The translations under genes were made by a program, and so were the position numbers. Of a stretch of DNA of 64,000 nucleotides, positions 53,039 through 64,000 are shown in pieces. Within the stretch, counting starts at the first letter, position 1, and every line of letters begins with the position of its first letter. The DNA lies in assembly GCA_964016885.1 (NCBI GenBank), contig OZ024758.1, positions 9,982,001-10,046,000 on the forward strand, in the 5' to 3' direction. Under the pieces are notes generated by a model. The model saw only the letters and a list, made by a program, of their open reading frames with translations, was not told the DNA's origin and did not search any database. Source of the DNA: Eledone cirrhosa. Its lineage: Eukaryota.

Positions 53039-53284
53039 GACTGTCCAAGTAAATATGGTGGCATTTATATCTTTTCTGGTTGTAGGAGAGGGTGGGGATT
53101 GGGATGGGTGGAGGTCATTGGTTGATGGGTTTAAAGAAAAAAGAATTCTTTAAAAGCTAATTCTTTAAAGCTATAATTTATATTTAGAGTGATAAAGGCA
53201 GAAAGAATACTATAAACAAGTTCAGATTTGACGAGTTCCACTCCACTTGGTAAACGAATGAGGTTGGATCTTCTTGATCGACTG

Positions 53285-53321
<37 letters not shown>

Positions 53322-54566
53322 TGAAGAATAAGGCAGTATTTGGGAATCTTACATCATTATAAATATATATAAATATGTATGTTGATAGAGAGAGGAAGGA
53401 GAACAATAAAAGAGAGACTTTATGATAGTTAAAAGTCAATATACAAGCTATCTCGTCTTTAGTCGTGTCAGAAATATTCTGTAAATTTTGGTATCAATAC
53501 TCGTTTACTCTGTTAATCTTTTACTTGCTTTCATCCCACATACAGTGCCTATAGTGGCGACGTTTTTAAATATTTCGTTTTTTTTTTTTTTAAATTAACG
53601 TCTCACAAACAACAATCCTAAACTCCTTTCGATTTTTTAAAACGATCGACAAGATCCCATACCTCGCTTGCCGAGTGGGGTGGAAGAAATCGGGCCAACG
53701 AAACGAAACAATTTTTCCATTTGTCTTTCCATTGCTGATATTATCTACCGGTTGCAGCTCCTGGCAGAAAGAGCAACGTGAAATAAAGTGTCTTCCTCAA
53801 TGACATAACACATCATCACCTGAGCCGGGAATCGAACTCACAACCTTACGATTACGAATCTAATTCTCTAACTGCTAAGCCACGCGCCATTTTGTCGATA
53901 ATTTTTGGAAATAATGAGAAATAATGGAAATAATGGAAATATTGGCTACAAACATGAATTATTAATGGTGCATAGTTTAGTGCTGGAGGTGGCAATATCG
54001 AATTTCGACCTTATAAACATATTATCAATCTCATTCAGATGGTGAGCTGGAATTATTATCCATATTACTGATATTGTACTATGTCTCATGTCACATCTGT
54101 AATTCTACTTGCTTTGACAAGCGTCCCTTTTCCCAATTGTAATAGCCATAGGATGTCCTTATCGGAGATTCCCCTTCAATGATTTTAATGATATTTCCAA
54201 CTGGAACTGAAGATAAAAAGAAAATTAAATCAAAATTCTAAAAGGTATCACGATAAAGACACTTTAACGCCGGTTGCCTGAGCCTATAGCATTAGTTTTA
54301 ATCTTTACTTCATAGAGTTAAAAGCTGATTCGTATTCTGTTTAAAGGGAGCAAAGAATTACATCTTCGATATCAACAGCGAAACATTGCACAATGTATTT
54401 AGAGAAACGCCTTATAGCACGAATGTTTCACAATTTCCATGTAAAATATTTCTCACATCTTGATAGAAAACAGTTGATAGTTGAAAGACGCAGTTAAAGA
54501 GTAAGATAAAGAAGAGGAGTTGTGGTAACGAAGTGGTTTCGTGCTGAACTGTTCAACGTGTTACTT

Positions 54567-54746
54567 TGGGCTGAAACGTTCATAGGCTGCCTTTGAAGGA
54601 GTGATGCTGGAGCTGTGAAATCTTGCATGCATTAATTTCAACTCTTCTTATTAATAAATGCATTGTTTCTTTCCGAGTACTATGTTGAAAAATAAACCAC
54701 ATTTGGACATTCCATGAGAGTATCTTGGTTAGCCTATGAACTTTTC
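54567..54746 (+). mobile_element. Mariner-type MITE (family D); further copies at 45890-45992 and 58470-58660
   Basis: Body and TIR remnants match 51072-51269. Confidence 0.8.
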
Positions 54747-55904
54747 ATAGTAATCTAAATTGACGTGATTATATTTTCGAAGCACCGGGTAAATTGAAAT
54801 TCATTTTAGGAAATTTAGGAACCCCAAACGCAGAAAATAACTGTAGCAATAGTCGAGTACAATAAATAATAGTTTAGAAACTCTAGTAAAATACCCTCAT
54901 GAACAGAAAAAAGATGTCCTTTAGTTCAATAGCTTGAGCACTCGGCCGGAATTTAAGTCCCGTAACCTGGCGTTTCGACGAAAAGAGATCGATATGGATC
55001 GACTTTATGGCGGCGGTGCCCCAACATGGCCGCAATCTAATGATTGAAACCAGAAAACAAGTAAAATACAAACCGCCTTCCATTTGGTTTTTACACCGTC
55101 AGTTGTAGGCGGATGTAGAAAAAAATTAATCTTTTTATAGTTTTAAATTCACTGCACAGTCAAACAATAACATTGAATGTCATATTGGTGATATTAGAAA
55201 ATGTTAACAATGATGTTTGTTTCCGAACATAAATCTATAAAACTGAATACAAATGTGCCCATAACATCAATAATCAACACACGTAGCTGAATAAGTTTCT
55301 GCATTGATTAAACAAATAAACTGTTTATGTATTTGAAACACAACTGACACGAACTGGAACAGACATCTAAAGTCTGTATTTTTCGTTTAACTATTCAGAA
55401 TCAGTAGCAGTCTCCATCAATGGATCTTTGATCTTATTGAAATCAAAGAATAGAGGACTCGACATTAAGTCGGTGTTGTCGTTGTTCTTTTTGTGACTCC
55501 TACTGTTGTTGTTGCTATTGTTACTGTTGCTGTTTTGGTTTAGCCCTTAGGTTAGTCATGATAACGCTGAATTTATGATCAAAGGCGTTCCAGTTCTGAC
55601 CATCCTATCTTTTTGTATATTCATGACTACACTACCTACTGTGTTATTTCACTTTTATGATGGTAGGCTATGATTTTAGGGAGTTGTGGGATTGTTTTAC
55701 CAAATGGCATGTAAGGGCAACAAACGAGGTTAATTATCTTCGGTTTCTCGTGAGTGGGAGCCATCGGGTGAAAAAACAAGTAAATTAGTGTATTAAGCGC
55801 CCTTCCTGTGCCTCAGAATAATTGATAACATACGTACATACACACATACATATATACACACATACATACACACACACTCACATACACACGCATACATACA
55901 TACA

Positions 55905-57383
55905 TGGTGGCTGCCAACTCGTTTTCGAGTACGGCCACTACTTTATATCCATGTAGGAGAACCCCTACCGATGCGCTGAACGAGTGTGACTTTTTAGTCC
56001 AGCCAGCGACTTGAAAACTCTGGTACAAACACTACACTTGTGACAATTATTGACACATAGTGCTGGGCCCATGGTACCATGTGATGACAAGTGCAGAGAT
56101 CTCCAGATATAAAGCAATGCCTGTGTCGTGAAGCTTTTATAGTGAGCAAAGGCACTGCACAAAGCCAGTCCCACTCTCTTAACCAAGATGATATTTATCA
56201 AAAAGAAGAACAAGTCAACATCATTGGATACCATCAGGGTTGCAAGTGTTATATCAGAGTTTTTCTTCTCCTAGAATTCTTCTTTGACAAAGGCTAAGGG
56301 GTCATCTCTCCCGGTGATTTTGGATGGCCATTGACTCTTAAGAGCTCCTTTGCCCTTTGCCAGGTTTTGATTTTAGTCCTGCGGGATGTCCAAAGTGACC
56401 CTCCTCACCAAGAAACCTTGGTGGGGTTGCCAGTTTAGTCGCCAACGACTCGACTATGAGACAGGTTGTACTGGGATACATGTTACCAGTAGCACCAACT
56501 GGTGACCTGACATACATACATATATGCATACGTACATACATACACACATGCATACGTACATGGATACGTACATACATACGTACATGCATACGTACATACA
56601 TACACACATACATATACACATACATACACATACATACACACACACACACATACATACATGAATACATACTTACACATACATACACGCACATACATGCATG
56701 CATATATATACATACACACACATACATACATACATACATACATACATACATACATACATACATACATACATACATGGTGGCTGCCAACTCGTTTTCGAGT
56801 ACGGCCACTACTTTATATCCATGTAGGAGAACCCCTACCGATGCGCTGAACGAGTGTGACGTTTTAGTCCAGCCAGCGACTTGAAAACTCTGGTACAAAC
56901 AATACACTTGTGACAATCATTGACACTTAGTGCTGGGCCCATGGTTCCATGTGACGACAAGTGCAGAGAGATCTCCAGATATAAAGCAATGCCTGTGCCG
57001 TGAAGCTTTTATAGTGAGCAAAGGCACTGCACAAAGCCAGTCCCACTCTCTTAACCAAGATGATATTTACCAAAAAGAAGAACAAGTCAACATCATTGGA
57101 TACCATCAGGGTTGCAGGTGTTATATCAGAGTTTTCCTTCTCCTAGAATTCTGCCTTGACAAAGGCTAAGGGGTCATCTCTCCCGGTGATTTTGGATGGC
57201 CATTGACTCTTAAGAGCTCCTTTGCCCTTTGACAGGTTTTGTTTTTAGTCCTGCAGGATGTCCAAAGTCACCCTCCTCACCAAGAAAACTTGGTGGGGTT
57301 GCAAGTTTAGTCGCCAACGACTCGACTATGAGACAGGTTGTACTGGGATACATGTTACCAGTAGCACCAACTGGTGACCTGAC
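55905..57383 (-). mobile_element. Two full-length family E copies in tandem (55905-56511, 56775-57383)
   Basis: Reverse complements of 22755-23363. Each is followed by the same complex (CATA)n/CGTA spacer. Confidence 0.88.
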
Positions 57384-60300
57384 ATACATACATACATGCA
57401 TACGTACATACATACACACATGCATACGTACATGGATACGTACATACATACGTACATGCATACGTACATACATACACACATACATATACACATACATACA
57501 CATACATACACACACACACATACATACATGAATACATACTTACACATACATACACACACATACATGCATGCATATATACATACATACACACACATACATA
57601 CATACATACATACATACATACATACATACATACATACATACATACATACATACATACATACATACATACATACATACATACATACATACATAGCGTGCAT
57701 GTATGAATTGATAGAAACATGTAAATATGTAGAAATAGGTATTTATAGCTATTTATGCAGTTTTCATTGAATCTGATAACTAAAGTGTAGTTAAAAGCAA
57801 AATCTTGCTGATCGATATCAGCATCGAACCGGTTAAATACCTTTATCTTCCTAAATCTCTTTCAAAATATACCCCCATACGAGCCATTAGTCTACCATTC
57901 ACATTGATTGACTTCTATTAAACTTGCGTTGATATTGATTATTTAACTCGACTGAAGTTTAATTTCTTACAATTGTTAGTATTGATATTGTTTATTCTGT
58001 TTAAAGGAAGATAACGTGTGCTGTATATGATATAAGATGCGATATTAATTCCCCAACTAAAGCCACTTTAAACCGTGTGATGTGAAGAAGAAGACATATA
58101 TCGGTAGACTGTTGCTGACATTTTCTTGGAAAGAATCAAATTATATTCAGATATCACTCAGTACATACGAGATACTGTATTGATAATCGAATCACCGCAC
58201 TGTCTAGCTAGGGGTTGTGGTGGTGGTGGTATTTACTGAAAACGTCAAATTCAACTGAAATGAGAGGATTTAAATTGAAATGATGGGATTTAAACTTTAT
58301 ATCGTTATTAAAAACAAGAAACCATTTCCTCTTAACATCGATCACCATCTGTGATCTCGACTGAGATTTGTGGAGGCTAATTTTGTTCTGTTTCTTACAT
58401 TTTGTAGCAATATATAAGTACTATAAGTTTCCTTTAATGAGACCTAATAATACTTCTTAAATCTCTTGAGAAGTTCATAGGCCTGACCAAGATACTCTCA
58501 TGGAATGACCAAATGAGATTTATTTTTCAACATAGTCCCTGGAAAGAAACAAGGCAGTTATTAATAAGAAGAGTTGAAATTAATGCATGCAAGATTTCAC
58601 GGCTCTAGCATTACTCCTTCAGTCGACCTAGCATTACTTCAACTTTTCAGTCGACCCTCGTACGTTTTCCTATACAGAACTCTTTTGCTCTCTTTCCTAA
58701 TTAGGAAGAAATCAGACGTGTTCAAACCTGGAAAGGGATGGATTCCTCCAGGCGTGTTACTATGGCACCCCTACTACTCCATCAATAGTTAAGGGAATTT
58801 TCCTTCCTTCCTACCTTTCTTTCCTTTATTCTTATACAAAATTAATACCTGTATTGTGTAATTATTGTTGCGCCTTCTTACTGAGTATATTGGTGTAAAA
58901 TACAAATTGTAAAATGAAAATTCAGTTTTATTTCCAGAGCTCTTTTTAGCCATTACTTGGGAGAAAAATAATTATTTCTGAGAAATTTTAAGTTAAATTG
59001 CTTCAATCTTCAAACAATAAATTAAGAATTATCTTCTATTTAAAATTAAACCTGTAATTTATGTAAACTCAGGACAATTTACACACTTCTGACATTTAAA
59101 GTTTTATAAGAGGATGCTTAGAAACATTATAAAAGGTTACATGAGGATTTAACTGCGTGAGTAATCTTAGCTATATGATATTTTTTTCGTGATTTCATAT
59201 AAATTCGCGCCCTATTTCATACTTGATGAATGCTAATTTCTTCTTTAAAATATTTTCTAAAAATCTCTGCCTAATTCGGATATGAATTACGGTTGTTTGC
59301 TGGTCAGGAAGTCGATTGGAAGAGCCGTATTATTGCACAATATTGATCACTATATTATTATACTACAAAAGAAGATGACAACACTCTCTGTTATTGTTTT
59401 ATAGAATTGTTCACATCAATGAAATCTTTAAAATCTCAGAGGCATTTAATGGTTGACAGGAACATTTTTTTTTCTTTTTCAATATTTCATTAAATTTTAA
59501 TCAAAGGACATTATAACAAAACTAGCTAAAAACCATGGCAATTCAATGGTAAAGGGGGAAAAGCCAGCTTCATTATCGACATCGTTTATTCTCACATTAA
59601 CAGTGGTTTAAAGAGAATAGTTTGTTTTTTAATCTGAAACTAGAAGATAAAGAAGGAATATAAAAGAGAGAGAAGATATAACAGCAGACAGAATTAGAAG
59701 GTTTTGCGTGTGTGTAACTGTATGTGTATATTACACACATACATATATGTGTGTGTGTCTGTGTATGTAACTGTGTGTATATTACATGTGTTTAACTGTG
59801 TATATTATGTGTGTGTGTGTGTCTGTGTGTGTAACTGTGTGTATATTACATGTGTTTAACTGTGTGTATATTATATGTGTGTGTGCCTGTGTGTGTGTGT
59901 GTGTGTAACTGTGTGCATATTACACACTCATATATATATGTGTGTGTGTGTGTGCATAAATGTATATATCTGTGTTTGTTTGTACTAAATCAGACAGCAT
60001 TTTGTACTAGACAATAAGCGAATCGTTAGATCAACTGACGTAAATCTAAGACTGTTGGATCCGTTGACTTTTATTTCAAACTTGTTGTGTCTGAAAATCT
60101 AATAAAATTATTCATGGTGGATGATAGAATTAAATACGCTAAAGTGAAGTTGGCGGGTGTATAGCATTTTTATTACCAATAATATATTACAAATGCATCA
60201 AAAGTAAATATAACAGTTTTTATAAACACCAAACGATGTTTGCAAACTGTTAGGAAAAATTCAAACGACGAATGTCATCAACAAATATGTACACTGTTAA

Positions 60301-61359
60301 GTAATGAAGCTCATGACTATAACTTACATTGCCCATACAAATATGACACATGATGTCGCGTAATACATCATGAAACAAGACTGAACCCGAAGTCCCGTGT
60401 TTATGAAACGATTTCCTTAACCAGATAGCTACATCTGCGCCTATAATGGCTGATTATTTTTCGAAAAGTAAGCTCTAATTATATAAGCAGTTGGAGATAT
60501 TTCACTTTACTGAGAACATATATTTAGAAAACACTTTCTATTAAAGATTCCTTCAAAATAAAGAGTGTTTATACCTAGAAATATCATATCTGAATTAAAT
60601 GCCAAAACAAACTATTTCAGTTAGCTTCAAAGAGACCAGATTAAAACAAAGAAACTGATAATACACCAATTTTTATTCTTGTGTTACAAAAGACACTTCG
60701 AATCATAGTAGAAGTGTGAAAGAACGTTGTCATGGTACGGGTCTGAAATTAATGAAACCAACCAACACCCACCCACCTCTACACACACTGACACCGCGTG
60801 TTTTTGTTTGTTTTTGTTTTGATTGCTTGATTTTTTTTTTCTTTTTACTATTTTCATACAACTCAAGAAAATCCCTTTAATTCTAACTATTAAGGTCAAA
60901 TTTCATACTAATAGGGTCAAATTCCCAGTGCGAATTTTCCCTAAATTTGAACAATACGATCAGCAATTTCTCTAAATTTCGTTGCATATATTTTTGAGGC
61001 GAGGTGACAACAATGACACCCACTGAGGTGGGGGGAAACTTCTTTCAGAATCTCAACAATTGTTCATTATCATTTTTAATTACTATTGATTATGAATATC
61101 ATAAAGTTAGCATAGATACCCACCATTAACATTCATATCAGCACACAGGGAAACTTTTGGTCAATAGCCAACAGATTTTGGAATAAATACTGCTATCAGT
61201 CGGTGATTTCAAAGGTCCTCTGGTAAAGAAGTTTTCATTCCTAATTTCATGGATGTCTGATGATTAATCGATTCAAAAGTTTTGCTAATTTCTTAACAAA
61301 CTTGTTTTGTCAGCAGGAAAAACCTCGTCCAATTTTAATTGGTGTTATTATTTGCTTTA

Positions 61360-61546
61360 GGGCGGTGAATTGGCAGTATCGGTAGAGGGTTGGACGCCAT
61401 GCTTTCTAGCATAGTTACGTCCCTTTACAGAGTTCAAATCCCGCCGAGGTTAACTTTGCCTTTCATCCTTACGGGGTCGATAAAATAAAGTACCAGTAAT
61501 GTACTGGGTAATTGCTGGCCTTGTGCCTAAAGTAGAAACAATTATT
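61360..61546 (+). mobile_element. SINE family A with 13-bp TSD (ATTATTTGCTTTA)
   Basis: Full consensus; direct repeats at 61347-61359 and 61541-61553. Confidence 0.92.
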
Positions 61547-62070
61547 TGCTTTAAAATTGCATTTGTTTGGGTTTTTATAATTTTCACTTTATCGTTATTG
61601 TTCTTCAATCATTTGTTTATCAATAATAAAGATAAAGTGGAATTTATATGGTGTGTGTGTTTCTATTGGCAACATGGCCATCCCCAAATATAACAATTTG
61701 TTCTCATCAGAGTGAAAGCATTTTCTCCATCTTTTTTCTGTTCATGCACATAAGTATCACTACTATTGCATAAACCTATATCATGGATAATCTAGTCATA
61801 TATTTATAACAATATTGACATCTTGGTCTCCTTGTTCTTTAAGCCAACTTACTACTTTACAAATCTATCTATGTCTGAACTTTGGTCCATTGTTTGATCT
61901 TTGATATATATTTTGAAGGAGCTTTCGGGTTCATCTTGAATAAGCTATTATATGTAGCCCACCTTCTTATCTTTGTTTTTTGTTATATAATTCTACTTTT
62001 CTATATCATAGTTTATCTATCCATTTCTAGCGATTTGTTTATAGTTGCTTAACTGTCATTATTTATTATT

Positions 62071-62490
62071 GGCAGTGAATGGCAGTGAATTGGCAGTATC
62101 GGTAGAGGGTTGGACGCCTTGCTTTCTAGCATAGTTACGTCCCTTTACAATCTGAGTTCAAATCCCGCCGAGGTTAACTTTGCCTTTCATCCTTACGGGG
62201 TCGATAAAATAAAGTACCAGTAATGTACTGGGTAATTGCTGGCCTTGTGCCAAAAGTAAAAACAATTATTTATAATCTGTAGCGGTGGATTGACAAAGGC
62301 GGTGGATTGGCAATATCGGTAGACAGTCGGACGCCATGCTTTGCAGCAAAGATTTACGGCCCTTTGTGGTCTGAGTTCAAATCCCGCCAAGGTTAACTTT
62401 GCCTTTCTTCCTTACAGGGTCGATAAAATAAAGTACCAGTAATGTACTGGATAATTTCTGGCCTTATGCCAAAAGTAGAAACAATTACTT
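62071..62490 (+). mobile_element. Two tandem SINE A copies; the second has a 14-bp TSD (TTATAATCTGTAGC)
   Basis: Consensus matches; direct repeats at 62270-62283 and 62489-62502. Confidence 0.92.
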
Positions 62491-64000
62491 ATAATCTGTA
62501 GCTATTCTTAACTCTATCAACAACACAGTATTTTTGTTGCTTGCATATATATTTTCTATTTCTACATCGGCATTCATTTTTTTTTTTTTTTCTATTATAA
62601 CAATCACTTTCCTGGATGTGTTTTATTCTAATTTTTGGTCACCTATCTTTTCTATTGGAAATCTCTGCTGTAATTGTTCTCAGTGCTACGTTCATTCATT
62701 AATTCTGATCTGCCTTTATCCATTCAATAGATATGTTTAAACTGTCATGTTGTCTACTTTTGAGAGATGTTATAACATTCACATGGAATGCACTGAATAT
62801 CTTTCATCGTTTTACTTCAGGCAGTTTCTCTCATTTTCTTTCGGTTTCCTCATAGGTCATCATTAGGATTATATTCAAATCAAGTAACAAACGTGCTTTC
62901 AACAGGTTTCTTTCCTATTCATCAACATTTATTATCGTTTTGTTTTTTAATATATTTTTAAATTTTTCTTATTGGTTGCTGCTTCCAGAGTTTTTGCTCT
63001 TCTTCTTACAATTGACTCTTCTTTCAGGGCACTATTTGTGTGTGTGTGTTTGTTTGTTTGTTTTTCGGATTCCTTCTCAAGCTTTATGTAGTTCTCGTAC
63101 TGACAGTCAAGTTACTTATTCTATAATTTATTTATAACCATATATAAAAATGTTATCACATAGTGATAACTTTTTATATTTGGTTATAAATTATCTGCAT
63201 GTTCTCCATTCAATTATTTCTACACCAAGCGCACTTTTAAAAGTATATTTGATAGCTTCTGCTTTGTTGCTAGCTGTTTTATTGACCTATGCATTGGTTT
63301 CAGACCAGATTTAAGCGGCTTTTCTACGTTTTTCTTATTGCAAAATAGTTTATGAGGAAAAATCACAACACTATCTTCTCGCTGTTTTCATAAAGACATT
63401 TCTCTTCACAATCACTTTACGCCAATATGACCGATTCGCTGATTGTCCAGAGAGGTTTTTATGAAATTGAGATATCTTAAAGCACATACAAAGAAAAGAC
63501 TTTCCTTAAATATTTCTTTGTTGAACTTAATTTTCATTATGGAAAGTTCTATTACTAAAAACCTGCTTCAAATTCGGTGTTATTTGAGAAAGAGAAAATG
63601 TTCATCTTTGTCGAACGTCGAACAAAATATGATACCTATCCAACCAACTCCGCATCGGTACAAGTATCATTCTGATTGCCGTTAAATCTATTATATCCTC
63701 TTCCCTTTTTTAAATAATAGCCATATTATATCCCGAGTTTTAGATATTGCCTCTTATTATATAAAGTTTATATACGGCTATTACACTTTAGTATTTCAAA
63801 TACAAATATACACCCATGTGAATGGTTATACGCGACGTTTGGGTGCAAAATTATTGAAGAAACAGGGAAAATGGCGGCAACTATTAAAATGTATAACCCA
63901 TGCGTGTAGTAGGAAAATTACCGAGAAGCCAGTAACAAGACGATTTGCTACATATGTAAACCCCATCCCCAACGCTTTTGGTAAATCTTTTTAATTATGT

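Overview
This 64-kb window is AT-rich, microsatellite-saturated eukaryotic DNA, either intronic or intergenic. The SINE families and repeat landscape suggest a cephalopod, probably Octopus (inference). I cannot support any intact host protein-coding gene, and nearly all listed ORFs are translations of simple repeats or TE fragments. Supported features: one intact tRNA-Thr(AGT); dozens of tRNA-derived SINEs from at least 4 families; fragments of Gypsy, CRE-type and RTE retrotransposons; a young ~610-bp bipartite RTE-derived non-autonomous element; mariner/Tc1/pogo MITEs; Helitron ends; and several minisatellites. The main hidden signal is a set of short modules anchored in (TA)n tracts that carry type I hammerhead ribozyme (HHR) motifs from at least 6 unrelated sequence families. 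Six motifs are complete or near-complete, including a U3-A8 core variant. Several others are long fold-back palindromes centred on ribozyme stem II, with the CUGAnGA half replaced by an inverted copy of the 3' half. This points to Penelope-like or retrozyme-type mobile RNAs and suggests self-primed second-strand synthesis at the ribozyme hairpin. All folds and coordinates were read by eye; repeat boundaries are approximate to about 10 bp.
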